From: an uncultured bacterium
Lineage (GTDB): Bacteria; Patescibacteriota; Minisyncoccia; UBA6257; 2-01-FULL-56-20
NCBI GenBank assembly: GCA_963807165.1
Contig: CAWDZM010000001.1
Location: 507,590 to 571,589 of the forward strand
Reading direction: 5' to 3'
Length of the DNA stretch: 64,000 bases
Part shown: positions 1 through 9,301 of the stretch, piece by piece
How the letters are laid out: each line of letters opens with the position of its first letter
Position numbering within the stretch: position 1 is the first letter of the stretch
Translations under genes and position numbers: made by a program
The notes under the pieces: generated by a model
What the model was told of the DNA's origin: nothing
Seen by the model: the letters and a program-made list of their open reading frames with translations, nothing else
The model's database searches: none

Positions 1-461
1 TGGATAGATTGCGCCAAATCATTCGAACGGTCTTCCTTTGCACGCCGCAAAATCTCCTCTTTTGCTTCCGCAACAGAAAGTCCGCCAATCTTTTCAATCC
101 GCGACTCGATCTCGTTCTCTTTTTTTGAAACCGCCTCTTCTTTTAGCTTCGCAGCATCCTCGCGCGCGCGAAGTTTTCCCTCTTCCGTAGAAAGGTCCGT
201 CAGTTTTTTGTCCAACGTCTCCTCGCGGTGCAAAACCCGTGACTCAAGCGCATCAATTTCTTTGCGCCGATCCTTCTCTTCGTTTTTTAACTCAACCAAA
301 AGCGAGGCAGCCTTCTCTTTTGCCTCCAAAATAATCTCTTTTGACTTTGTTTCCGCTTCGGCGAGCTTATTTGCTCCCGAATATCTGCGTGCGAGATATC
401 CCGCGACTCCTCCCACCACCAAAAACACCACCGCGCTGAGCGCCACGTATGTTATTTCCAT
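1..461 (-). CDS. rny: ribonuclease Y, N-terminal part (gene runs off window start)
   Basis: Minus-strand translation from the ATG at 459-461 reads MEITYVALSAVVFLVVGGVAGYLARRYSGANKLAEAETKSKEIILEAKEKAASLLVELKNEEKDRRKEIDALESRVLHREETLDKKL... This is an N-terminal TM helix followed by a long charged coiled coil, the typical RNase Y N-terminus. It is absent from the ORF track because it is truncated by the window edge. Confidence 0.6.
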   Translation of the reverse strand, partial: MEITYVALSAVVFLVVGGVAGYLARRYSGANKLAEAETKSKEIILEAKEKAASLLVELKNEEKDRRKEIDALESRVLHREETLDKKLTDLSTEEGKLRAREDAAKLKEEAVSKKENEIESRIEKIGGLSVAEAKEEILRRAKEDRSNDLAQSI

Positions 462-612
462 AATAATAGTTAATTCCCGAAAGTTTCATGATTTAAGGAC
501 TTTTTAATTGCCTTTATGATAGCGCAAAATGGGGGTCGCGGTCAAGATTGAGCGCTCCCGAGAGGCCCTGAATGACTTTAGATAGTTTTAATCGCCTATT
601 TGTTAGTCTGCT

Positions 613-683
613 GCGGGGGTGGCATAGTGCTGGATCTGGAATGACATCTAAGATCCACGGGGCGCACGTCCCCGCACCCCCGC
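613..683. other. GC-rich tRNA-like cloverleaf structure of unknown identity
   Basis: GCGGGGG at 613-619 pairs perfectly with CCCCCGC at 677-683. The enclosed sequence forms three hairpins (gca-tag-tgc, ggatct-13nt-agatcc, gggg-cgcacgt-cccc). It is 71 nt long but has no T-psi-C loop and no 7-nt anticodon loop. Confidence 0.2.
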
Positions 684-726
684 CGTAGAGATATCAAAAA
701 GATATTAAATAAAGATTAAAAAAATT

Positions 727-754
727 TTGACAGATATTTTTGAATTGCTATTAT
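727..754 (+). promoter_or_regulatory. sigma70-like promoter (TTGACA-16nt-TATTAT)
   Basis: ttgaca at 727-732 and tattat at 749-754, in the AT-rich rny/gpmI divergent intergenic region. Confidence 0.4.
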
Positions 755-800
755 AGTTAAAGGTGTCATTCCAGATCATCAGCGTTATGTTTGAATCTGC

Positions 801-829
801 AAAAAACCCGGCAACGGGTTTTTTGTTTT
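801..829 (+). terminator. intrinsic terminator-like hairpin between the promoter and gpmI
   Basis: aaaaaa-cccg-gcaa-cggg-ttttttgtttt: a GC stem with a GNRA-like loop, flanked by A and T runs. Confidence 0.4.
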
Positions 830-991
830 ATTTATACCTCTCCGCGTTTAGCATAGGAGCATCTTTTGAAAAGTGTCTCGGAGCCGCGAAGGCGGCGAGA
901 GCCAAGGCGGCCAGCCAGCAGGCTGGAACGCCGTCCTTTCAAAAGTATGCGTGCCTATGCCAAACCGATGCTTTCATCTAAAATAGAAGCC

Positions 992-2527
992 ATGGCAAAG
1001 AAAACTGCGGTATTGGTGGTGCTCGACGGCTGGGGCATCGGAAAGAACAACTTCACGAATCCTGTCTTTGTTGCACAACCGCCGACGTTCAAATGGCTCG
1101 CGGAAAACTATCCGCTCACGAGCTTGCAGGCATCCGGCATCGCCGTCGGACTGCCGTGGGGAGAGACCGGAAATAGCGAGGTCGGCCACCTCACACTCGG
1201 CGCCGGCAAAGTCGTCTATCAGTATTACCCAAAGATCACGATGGCAATCCAGGATGGCACGTTCTTTGAGAACACCGTGCTGAAGGCCGCGTGTGCCCAC
1301 GCGCGCGAAAATAATAGCGCGATCAACTTTGCGGGGCTACTCACCAAAGCGAATGTGCACGCATCGCTCGAACATCTACGCGCACTTATCAAGATGGCGC
1401 AGGAGGAGAAGGTCGCCAAGATCAATCTTCATCTTTTTGCCGACGGCGAGGACAGCGCGCCGCACACGCTTGAAAAATTTTTAGAGGAGGTGCCGAAGGA
1501 ATATTTGGCGAGCCTTGTCGGCCGCTATTACGCGATGGATCGCAACCTTAACTGGCGGCTGACGCAAACTGCATACGACGCGATGATGGGAAAGGGCGGC
1601 GCGCTCGTTTCGGACCCCACGGCGACCATCGAGGCCACCTACCAACAAGGCACGACGGAAGAGTATCTTCCCGCCATCCGTTTTTCGGAAGATAAAAAAC
1701 TGGCTGACGGCGATGCACTCGTATTCTTTAATTATAGAGAGGACAGTATTCGCCAGCTGGCGAGCGTATTTATAAAAAAGGATTTCAATGAATTCCCTAT
1801 CACTCCCCTCAATAATGTATACATCGCAACGCTTCACTCATTACGATGACGCGTTCGACGTACCCGTCGCCTTTCCCGCGGACAACGTGGAAATCCCATC
1901 GGGCAAGTATTGAGCGACGCGGGACTGACCCAGCTGCGCCTGGCGGAAACGTACAAATATGCGCACGTTACGTATTTTTTCAACGGCCTGCACGAAGAAC
2001 CGTTCAAAGGAGAATATCGCACACTCGTGCCGTCAAACACCGGCCCACATCCGGAGGAACATCCGGAGATGATGGCCGCCGCGATCACCGACCGGCTCGT
2101 TGAAGCAATAGAAAGCCGTGGATTCGACTTTATTCTGGTTAACTACGCGAACGCCGACACAATCGCGCACACCGCCAACTTCAACGCCGGCGTTGCGGCG
2201 GTGAACGTTCTCGACGCGCAGATCGCGCGCGTTATCAAAGCCGCGGATAATCCTGACACCCTCCTCTTCATCACATCGGATCACGGCAACATCGAAGAAA
2301 TGATCAACGAAACAACCGGCGAACCCGAGAGTCAACACGACGCAAGCCCCGTGCCGCTCTACCTCGTCGCGCAAGAATATAAAGGAAGAAAATTTGTGAA
2401 CGCCGATCGGCTCACGCTCGAGACGCTCGGCTCGCTCGCCGACGTCGCGCCCACGATCCTCGCGATGATGGGCATCCAAAAGCCCCAAGACATGAGCGGA
2501 AACAGCTTGTTGGATGGGCTGATATAG
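992..2527 (+). CDS. gpmI: 2,3-bisphosphoglycerate-independent phosphoglycerate mutase, reading frame locally disrupted
   Basis: ORFs 866..1849 (MAKKTAVLVVLDGWG... starting at 992) and 1910..2527 (...LFITSDHGN...) are the N and C halves of iPGM in the same frame. They are separated by an in-frame TGA at 1847-1849. The conserved segment FTHYDDAFDVPVAFPADNV is encoded in another frame between about 1833 and 1889. Confidence 0.8.
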
Positions 2528-2546
2528 AGAGTGCTATAATAGAATC

Positions 2547-2915
2547 ATGCATTGGTTCGCACGACTCGTAATAGTAGTGGGCGGCAACGCGCTGGCGTTG
2601 TGGATCGCGTATCTGTACGTCCCGGGATTTGTGCTGAGCACCAACTGGATCACGCTCATCCTCATCGCACTCGTGCTCGCCGTGTTGAACTTCCTCCTAA
2701 AGCCAATCCTGACATTCGTACTCGGCCCAGTCATCATCCTGACGCTCGGGCTGGGCGTGCTCATCGTAAACGGCATCATCCTCTACCTCCTCCCGATTAT
2801 CGCCGATCACGTTGACATCCTGCGCGGAAGTATTATCATACAGAACATTCCGGCGCTCTTCTTCGCCACGCTTGTTATAAGCATAATAAACTTCATTATT
2901 CACCTCGCACTATAA
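2547..2915 (+). CDS. small 4-TM membrane protein (YvlD/DUF360, phage-holin-4_2-like family)
   Basis: 122 aa, four hydrophobic segments. Family assignment is from recalled sequence pattern only. Confidence 0.4.
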   Translation: MHWFARLVIVVGGNALALWIAYLYVPGFVLSTNWITLILIALVLAVLNFLLKPILTFVLGPVIILTLGLGVLIVNGIILYLLPIIADHVDILRGSIIIQNIPALFFATLVISIINFIIHLAL

Positions 2916-2917
2916 TT

Positions 2918-3139
2918 ATGACCATCGCCATCATCCAGATCATCCTCTCTGTCGTCATCATTACACTCATCCTCTTGCAGGAGCGTTCTTCCGGCATGTC
3001 CGGTCTTATGGGCGGCAGTGGCGAGGGCTATTACCAGGCACGCCGCGGGATGGAGAAGCTCGTCTTCTATTCCACCATCGTCCTCTCGGTGGCATTCGTC
3101 GCTTTGGCGATCTACCAGCTTTTCATCCAGACGCACTAA
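2918..3139 (+). CDS. secG: preprotein translocase subunit SecG
   Basis: 73 aa with two TM helices flanking the Gly-rich motif LLQERSSGMSGLMGGSGEG, typical of SecG. Confidence 0.7.
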   Translation: MTIAIIQIILSVVIITLILLQERSSGMSGLMGGSGEGYYQARRGMEKLVFYSTIVLSVAFVALAIYQLFIQTH

Positions 3140-3148
3140 ATTTTTTAC

Positions 3149-4822
3149 ATGTGGTTTCAAAAGATCTTTTCGGCGCTCACTAAAAAAGAACGCATCACCT
3201 TCGTTCTGGCACTCGCCGGGGCAATCGTGTGTTTTGCGATCGTCATGGGAATCGTGATCGCGCAAACAACCAAAGCAGTTCCCGCTGTGGGCGGCGAGTA
3301 TACGGAGGGTATGCTGGGCCAACCGGAATACATCAATCCCGTAATCGCTTCATCACAGACCGATCTCGATCTGGTAAAGATGATTTATAGCAACCTTCCC
3401 GATATCGCGGACAGCATCACGCCATCCGCAAACCTGAAGACGTGGGATGTGCGGTTGAAGCAAGGGCTTACCTGGCAGGACGGGCAACAACTTACGAGCG
3501 ATGACGTGATCTTCACCGTGCAATCCATCCAGAATCCCGATGCGAATTCTCCACTCTTTCAAAGCTGGCAAGGCGTGACGGTCAGCCGCGTGAGCGAGCT
3601 GGAGGTACAGTTCACCCTCACCAATCCCTACGCGTTCTTTGGCGACACACTCGCCAATTTATATATTTTGCCGAAACATCTTTTTGCCGACACGCCGCCG
3701 GGAAATTGGCATCTCTCCGATTACAATTTAAAGCCGGTCGGCAGTGGCCCGTATCAATTTGTTTCATATGATAAAAATAGCAACGGGTTTATTTCTTCCT
3801 ATCAGCTGGCCGCATGGAACGGAACGGTTGAGGCGCATCCGCTCATCCAAAATTTCAATGTTGATTTCTTTAATAATGAAAGTTCGTTGGTAAAAAGCTT
3901 TAACGATGGAACGATCGATGGGTTCGGTAATGTGACGTCCGCAGACATCGCCGGCATCACGCGCCCCGATGCGACCTTTGCATGGCCGACGTCCGCATAC
4001 TACGCGGTGTTCTTTAACCAGAGCGTGAACCTCGGCCTGCAGGATCCCGCCGTGCGCGAGGCGCTCTCCGTAGCCGTTGACCGGAGCGCACTGATCACCG
4101 CCGCGCTCGGTGGTAACGGTACGCCGGAATATGGCCCGATCCCGCAAGGCGCACAATATTATAGCAGCGCGGTCGCGAGCGCCGATTCAACCAGCACGGC
4201 GGCCATATCGTCAGCCACCCTTGCAGAAAGTCTTTTGGATAACGCCGGTTGGACCGTTAACGGATCAAGCACGTTCCGCTCGAAAACCATAAAGGGTACC
4301 GTGATCCCACTCACGATAAACCTGACCGTGCCACAGATAGATTTTCTGACGAACACCGCGAACTATCTCCAGGCGGCATGGCAAGCCATCGGCGTGCAGG
4401 TCAACATCATCCCCGACTCATCAAACGACGTCGTGAACAATCTGATCCCCGATCGCAATTATGAATCCCTGCTCTTCGGCAACGTGCTCGGGCCAAGCTC
4501 CGACCTCTATTCGTTCTGGGACTCATCACAGGATTTTGCGCCAGGACTCAATCTTTCGCTCTACAATAATCCCAGCGTGAACTCGCTCATCGAGCGGGCG
4601 CGGCAAAGCCCGATCACCGCTTCCACGGCACAAGAGGTCGCATCCGCGCAGGCGGACATCGCCGCGAATTACCCCGCAATTTTCCTTTACTCCCCGGACT
4701 ACGTGTATGTCACCAACAATAATGTACAAGGCATTTCCACCAACACATTGCTCACCGATCCCTCCGACCGCTTCCGCGAGATAGAAAGCTGGTACTTGAA
4801 CACCGCCCGGGTGCTGAAGTAA
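3149..4822 (+). CDS. ABC transporter substrate-binding protein, family 5 (peptide/nickel type), membrane-anchored
   Basis: 557 aa with an N-terminal TM anchor. Overall pattern (e.g. TWQDGQQLTSDDVIFT) resembles SBP_bac_5 proteins. Confidence 0.55.
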   Translation: MWFQKIFSALTKKERITFVLALAGAIVCFAIVMGIVIAQTTKAVPAVGGEYTEGMLGQPEYINPVIASSQTDLDLVKMIYSNLPDIADSITPSANLKTWDVRLKQGLTWQDGQQLTSDDVIFTVQSIQNPDANSPLFQSWQGVTVSRVSELEVQFTLTNPYAFFGDTLANLYILPKHLFADTPPGNWHLSDYNLKPVGSGPYQFVSYDKNSNGFISSYQLAAWNGTVEAHPLIQNFNVDFFNNESSLVKSFNDGTIDGFGNVTSADIAGITRPDATFAWPTSAYYAVFFNQSVNLGLQDPAVREALSVAVDRSALITAALGGNGTPEYGPIPQGAQYYSSAVASADSTSTAAISSATLAESLLDNAGWTVNGSSTFRSKTIKGTVIPLTINLTVPQIDFLTNTANYLQAAWQAIGVQVNIIPDSSNDVVNNLIPDRNYESLLFGNVLGPSSDLYSFWDSSQDFAPGLNLSLYNNPSVNSLIERARQSPITASTAQEVASAQADIAANYPAIFLYSPDYVYVTNNNVQGISTNTLLTDPSDRFREIESWYLNTARVLK

Positions 4823-4836
4823 CGCAGCAGTGGTTG

Positions 4837-4864
4837 TTGACCTTTGGAGTGGTTATGCTATAGT
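4837..4864 (+). promoter_or_regulatory. promoter for tRNA-Leu (TTGACC-16nt-TATAGT)
   Basis: ttgacc at 4837-4842 and tatagt at 4859-4864, about 30 nt upstream of the tRNA 5' end. Confidence 0.45.
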
Positions 4865-4896
4865 GTAAGCACTAAGACGACCCTCCTTTAAGAAGT

Positions 4897-4979
4897 GCTG
4901 GGGTGGCGAAATGGCAGACGCACTGGCTTCAGGTGCCAGCGATCGCAAGATCATAGGGGTTCGACTCCCCTCTCCAGCA
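4897..4979 (+). tRNA. tRNA-Leu (anticodon CAG)
   Basis: Acceptor GCTGGGG/CTCCAGC with one G-U pair. Class II D-arm GCG-AAATGGCAGA-CGC. Anticodon arm CTGGC-TTCAGGT-GCCAG. Long variable arm GATC-GCAA-GATC. T-arm with TTCGACT loop. Discriminator A; CCA is not encoded. Confidence 0.85.
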
Positions 4980-5025
4980 CAATACATTACGCATTAGTAT
5001 CGCAACAATCGCAAAAAAATATTTT

Positions 5026-5436
5026 ATGGCAGAGTGCATTTTTTGTAAGATAGCCGCGAAGGAGATCCCTTCGCATACCGTCTGGGAAGATGAAAAGTTC
5101 ATGGCGTTTTTAGACCTACGCCCCGTCAATCCCGGACACCTTTTAATAATTCCTAAAGAACATATTGAAAATATTTTTGATATGCCGGACGGTCTTTATG
5201 AAGAAATTTTTAACAAAGCAAAGGCGTTGTCGACGCCCCTGCAAAAAGCGATGAGCTCGGTACGCGTAGGCATGGTGATCGAGGGGTTCGGGATGCCGCA
5301 TGCGCACGTGCATCTTGTGCCGATCAATAAGCCGCACGATCTGGACTCGACGAGAGCCGCGCCGATGCCGAATGAGGAACTGGTAGTGATAGCAGAAAAA
5401 ATAAAAGCAGAAGTCGAAAAAGCAAAAATTAAATAA
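5026..5436 (+). CDS. HIT-family (histidine triad) nucleotide hydrolase
   Basis: 136 aa with the HAHVHLVP histidine-triad motif and an N-terminal CxxC. Confidence 0.8.
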   Translation: MAECIFCKIAAKEIPSHTVWEDEKFMAFLDLRPVNPGHLLIIPKEHIENIFDMPDGLYEEIFNKAKALSTPLQKAMSSVRVGMVIEGFGMPHAHVHLVPINKPHDLDSTRAAPMPNEELVVIAEKIKAEVEKAKIK

Positions 5437-5454
5437 AAAGCAGTTAGTAAAAAT

Positions 5455-7476
5455 ATGATTAAGAAAAACGAAAATATAAATGTAGCGCCGCCGCAAAAAG
5501 AACGCCCGCGCATAAAACCGCCTGAGATCCGGCAGCGACCCCCGATGACCCCGCGTGCACCGATGGCAACGCCCGGGGCAACACCGGTACGCCCAGCATC
5601 ACGCCCGATAACTCCGGCACCACGCCCGGGGCAATCCCCCATGAGACCGCAACAGCGCCCTCAGCACGGCGGTGGCGGTGGCTCACGCGAAGAGCGCGAA
5701 GCACGCCGTGAGTTCAAACACGGTCCAGGCGCGCCGAAGCCCGGCACACATCCACAGAATTCAAAGATGGGGCCAAAGCCGCAAGTTGCGCGCGACCCAA
5801 ACGAAAAATCTAATCCAAACGCAGTGCGCCTTGTGCCGCTCGGCGGCCTTGAGGAGGTGGGACGCAATTGCTCGTTCATTGAATACAAGAACGAGATCAT
5901 CATCATCGATATGGGATTGCAATTCCCGGAAGATGAAACACCGGGCATCGATTACATCATCCCGAACGTCGAGTATCTCGAAAAGAAAAAACAGAACATC
6001 GCCGGCATTATTTTAACGCACGGCCACTACGATCACATCGGCGGATTGCCGCACGTGCTCGCGCGCCTCGGCAATCCGCCGATCTATGCAACAGGCATCA
6101 CGAAGGCGATCATCGAGCGCCGTGCGGACGATTTCCCAAACGCGCCGAAGATGAATATCCAACTCATTAAGGACGGTGACGAGATCAAACTCTCCAATAA
6201 CATCAACGCCTATTTCTTCGGAGTGCCGCACACGATCCCGGAAACGACCGGCGTGATGCTCAAAACCCCGATCGGCAATATCGTCCACTTTGCGGACTTC
6301 CGCCTGGACTATGACGACGAGGGCAATGTACACGGAATCGAAGAGTTCGAGAAGCTCGGCAAGATGGGAGTGCACACCTTCATGGTAGACAGCACTGCCG
6401 CAGAACGACCAGGCCACTCGATTTCGGAAAAAACTGTTGAGAAAAATCTCGAGGAGATTTTTAAAGCGGCCGAGGGACGTGTTGTCGTCGCCACATTCTC
6501 ATCGCTCATCACCCGTATCGCGGAGATCATAAAAATTGCCGAAAGGCTCGGCCGCAAGGTCGCACTGAACGGCTACTCCATGAAGACTAACATCCAGATC
6601 GCGCAGGGACTCGGTTTTGTTAAAGCCAAGGAAGGCACGCTCATTTCTGTAGAAGAGATCAGTAAATATAAAGATGATAAAGTGCTAATCCTCACCACCG
6701 GTGCGCAAGGCGAATCGAACGCCGGCCTCATGAAGATCATCAATGGCGAACACCGCCATATCAAGGTCAAACCGGGAGATGTTTTTGTACTTTCGTCATC
6801 TGTCATTCCGGGAAATGAGCGAAGCGTGCAAACGGTCAAAGACAATCTTGCGCGACAGGGCGCGATAGTCTATCACTCAGCACTGGTGGACATCCACTCC
6901 TCGGGCCACGCGCCGAAGGGCGACATCAGCCTTGTCATTAAATTGCTTAAGCCGAAATTCCTGATGCCAGTGCACGGCTACTACTTCATGCGCGCCGCGA
7001 ACGGCATGACCGCGCGCGAATCGGGCGTCCTCAAAGACAACGTGCGCCTCATGGACAACGGCCAAGTGGCAGAACTCACCAAAGACGAATTCAAGGTAAC
7101 CAAGGAAGAGGTACCGGCCTACTATGTAATGGTAGACGGCCTCGGCGTCGGTGACGTCGAAGAAGTCGTGCTCCGCGACCGCCGCGCGCTCGCCGCAGAA
7201 GGCATGCTCGTCATCATCTTAACGATCGACCGCGACAAGGGTCGGCTGCTCAAGAATCCCGACATCATTTCTCGTGGGTTCATCTATCTTAAAGATAACC
7301 AGGAGATTTTGGATGAAATCCGCAAGCGCATCCGCGGCCTCATGACGCGCATTCCTAACTTCAAGGAAGTGGAGCCGGATTACGTGAAGACGCTTTTGCG
7401 CGACCAGGTCGGTCAATACCTGTACACGAAGACCAAGCGTCGGCCGATGATCTTGCCGGTGGTGATAGAGATATAA
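5455..7476 (+). CDS. rnj: ribonuclease J (metallo-beta-lactamase/beta-CASP) with a Pro/Arg-rich N-terminal extension
   Basis: LTHGHYDHIGG metallo-beta-lactamase motif, beta-CASP region and C-terminal domain. The first ~125 residues are low-complexity Pro/Arg/Gly-rich. Confidence 0.8.
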   Translation: MIKKNENINVAPPQKERPRIKPPEIRQRPPMTPRAPMATPGATPVRPASRPITPAPRPGQSPMRPQQRPQHGGGGGSREEREARREFKHGPGAPKPGTHPQNSKMGPKPQVARDPNEKSNPNAVRLVPLGGLEEVGRNCSFIEYKNEIIIIDMGLQFPEDETPGIDYIIPNVEYLEKKKQNIAGIILTHGHYDHIGGLPHVLARLGNPPIYATGITKAIIERRADDFPNAPKMNIQLIKDGDEIKLSNNINAYFFGVPHTIPETTGVMLKTPIGNIVHFADFRLDYDDEGNVHGIEEFEKLGKMGVHTFMVDSTAAERPGHSISEKTVEKNLEEIFKAAEGRVVVATFSSLITRIAEIIKIAERLGRKVALNGYSMKTNIQIAQGLGFVKAKEGTLISVEEISKYKDDKVLILTTGAQGESNAGLMKIINGEHRHIKVKPGDVFVLSSSVIPGNERSVQTVKDNLARQGAIVYHSALVDIHSSGHAPKGDISLVIKLLKPKFLMPVHGYYFMRAANGMTARESGVLKDNVRLMDNGQVAELTKDEFKVTKEEVPAYYVMVDGLGVGDVEEVVLRDRRALAAEGMLVIILTIDRDKGRLLKNPDIISRGFIYLKDNQEILDEIRKRIRGLMTRIPNFKEVEPDYVKTLLRDQVGQYLYTKTKRRPMILPVVIEI

Positions 7477-7482
7477 CAGTCT

Positions 7483-7519
7483 GCTCCCGCACTCTTTCAA
7501 AAGAGTGCGGGAGCAATTT
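7483..7519. terminator. bidirectional intrinsic terminator between convergent rnj and the amidase gene
   Basis: gctcccgcactcttt-caaa-agagtgcgggagc perfect hairpin followed by a T-rich tract. Confidence 0.6.
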
Positions 7520-8260
7520 CTATTTTAATGACTCCAATAAGTCATTCTTCCAGCCGAGCCGATTTTTGTTGGAGAGGAATATATTCGAGGGACAGGTTGT
7601 CTTCGGATTAATTTCGCGATGACCAAAGATACGCTCGCGTGCGACCTGCGGATAATGATCTTTGATGATATTCGCGGCGGCAGAAAGTTCGGCATCGGAT
7701 GGTTTAGTGTTCTCAAAATCGCCGTCAAAACAGATAGCGATACTCCGACAATTTATATCCCAGTCGCCAGCATGCCAACCAATCTCACCGTCATTCAACA
7801 ACCGCTCGGTCGTACCATCACGTCGCACAAACCAATGATATGGCCAGAAGACCTGGCGACCGTCACGAAAATGACCCGAATAAATAGGCCTCCCCTTCAT
7901 TTTTTTATCAGTCTCATATTTCGGGGTAGCAAATTCCGGCGCATAGAGGCGAATGAGTTCCATCCCAGAGAGTCGCTCTTTTGTCATGCCGAACGGATTG
8001 CTTGTGTGATGGATAATAATGGTATCTGTCGGCTTGCGCTCAACATCCGCATTCGGTGGGTTATTGTCGAGCGCGATATCGCCAGCAATAAGCTGTTCCG
8101 CAAAGAAATCATAAAGCTCAATTTTTAGTGGCTCCTGTTCTATATCACTCTTCCCTCTCAACTGTTTACGCAATTCATCCAATTCCTGAAGAATTACGAG
8201 GTACCAGTCGGGGTTCTTTAAAAGTAATGCCCAGCGCAATTTTATTTCATCAGTAAACAT
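7520..8260 (-). CDS. N-acetylmuramoyl-L-alanine amidase (Amidase_2/PGRP fold)
   Basis: Motifs IIIHHT, GWHAGDWDINCRSIAICFDGDF and GHREINPKTTCPS, the Zn-binding H/H/C set of amidase_2. Confidence 0.7.
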   Translation of the reverse strand: MFTDEIKLRWALLLKNPDWYLVILQELDELRKQLRGKSDIEQEPLKIELYDFFAEQLIAGDIALDNNPPNADVERKPTDTIIIHHTSNPFGMTKERLSGMELIRLYAPEFATPKYETDKKMKGRPIYSGHFRDGRQVFWPYHWFVRRDGTTERLLNDGEIGWHAGDWDINCRSIAICFDGDFENTKPSDAELSAAANIIKDHYPQVARERIFGHREINPKTTCPSNIFLSNKNRLGWKNDLLESLK

Positions 8261-8300
8261 ATGAATATTATAGCAGTAGTAGGCGTGATATAATCACTTT

Positions 8301-9287
8301 ATGGCAACTAAACCTATTCTCGTCTCCGGCATGCAACCAACCGGCCGGCTCCATATCGGCAACTATCTCGGCGCGCTCAAAAACTTTGTGGATCTCCAAA
8401 ACTCCGGCGAGTATCAATGCTATTTCTTCCTCGCGGACCTTCATGCGCTTACAGAAGGACCGGCGCCGAAAACGCTCAGCGAGAACATCCTAAACCTTGC
8501 CGCGGACTACCTTGCCGCCGGAATCGATCCGAAAAAATCTGCCGTCTACCAACAATCGTTGATCCCTCCTCATACCGAGCTCGCGTGGGTGTTGAACACC
8601 ATTGCGCCGATGGGAGAGTTGGAACGGATGACGCAATATAAAGATAAAGCGGCGCGGCAAAAAGAAAATGTGAACGTCGGCCTTTTCGATTACCCCGTAC
8701 TCATGGCAGCGGACATTATTTTATATGACGCAAAGGTTATTCCTGTGGGCGACGACCAACTCCAACATCTTGAACTCACACGCACGCTCGCGCGGAAGTT
8801 CAACGCACGCTTTGGCAACACGTTTTTCGAGCCAAAGGGGTTGCTCACCAAAACACCTCGCGTGATGTCGCTTAAAGATCCGCTGAAGAAAATGTCCAAA
8901 TCAGATTCGGACGGCTGTTTATTTTTAGACGACACACCGGAGGATATCCGCAAAAAGATTTCCCGCGCCGTGACCGACTCCGATGGCGTCATAAAATATG
9001 ATGTTGAGCACAAGCCCGGCCTTTCGAACCTGCTCGAGATTTATAGCGCGCTCACACACATGGAACCCGCGATGGTAGTAAAAGAATTTTCCGGCGAAAA
9101 CTATTCCGTTTTAAAACAACGACTCGCCGAAGTCGTCGTCGAATATTTTGCGCCGTTCCGCGCGGCAAAAAAGAAATTACTCGCCAAGCCCGTAGCGATT
9201 AGAAAAATACTGGAAGCCGGATCGAAGAAAGCGGGCGCGACTGCTTCAAAAAAGATGCTGGAGGTAAAGAAGAAGGTGGGGTATTAG
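8301..9287 (+). CDS. trpS: tryptophan--tRNA ligase
   Basis: Class I motifs GRLHIGNY (HIGH-type), VGDDQLQHLELTR and KMSKS. Confidence 0.85.
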   Translation: MATKPILVSGMQPTGRLHIGNYLGALKNFVDLQNSGEYQCYFFLADLHALTEGPAPKTLSENILNLAADYLAAGIDPKKSAVYQQSLIPPHTELAWVLNTIAPMGELERMTQYKDKAARQKENVNVGLFDYPVLMAADIILYDAKVIPVGDDQLQHLELTRTLARKFNARFGNTFFEPKGLLTKTPRVMSLKDPLKKMSKSDSDGCLFLDDTPEDIRKKISRAVTDSDGVIKYDVEHKPGLSNLLEIYSALTHMEPAMVVKEFSGENYSVLKQRLAEVVVEYFAPFRAAKKKLLAKPVAIRKILEAGSKKAGATASKKMLEVKKKVGY

Positions 9288-9301
9288 ATCTCAACAGCAA
9301 T

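Noticed and set aside
613-683. GC-rich cloverleaf-like element called as a canonical tRNA gene.
   Set aside because: No T-psi-C loop, no 7-nt anticodon loop with U33, and the D-arm is too small. Kept only as an unexplained structured element.
1847-1849. In-frame TGA inside gpmI as possible stop-codon recoding (TGA as Gly or Trp).
   Set aside because: Homologous iPGM residues continue in a different frame, not through the TGA. TGA also terminates well-defined genes here, for example smpB.
974-2488. Several 60-150-aa ORFs antisense to or overlapping gpmI (for example 974..1300 -, 1225..1425 -, 1481..1837 -, 2033..2488 -).
   Set aside because: They lie entirely inside a well-conserved iPGM coding region on the opposite strand or in an off frame. 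They have Arg/Ala-rich junk composition typical of shadow ORFs in GC-rich DNA.
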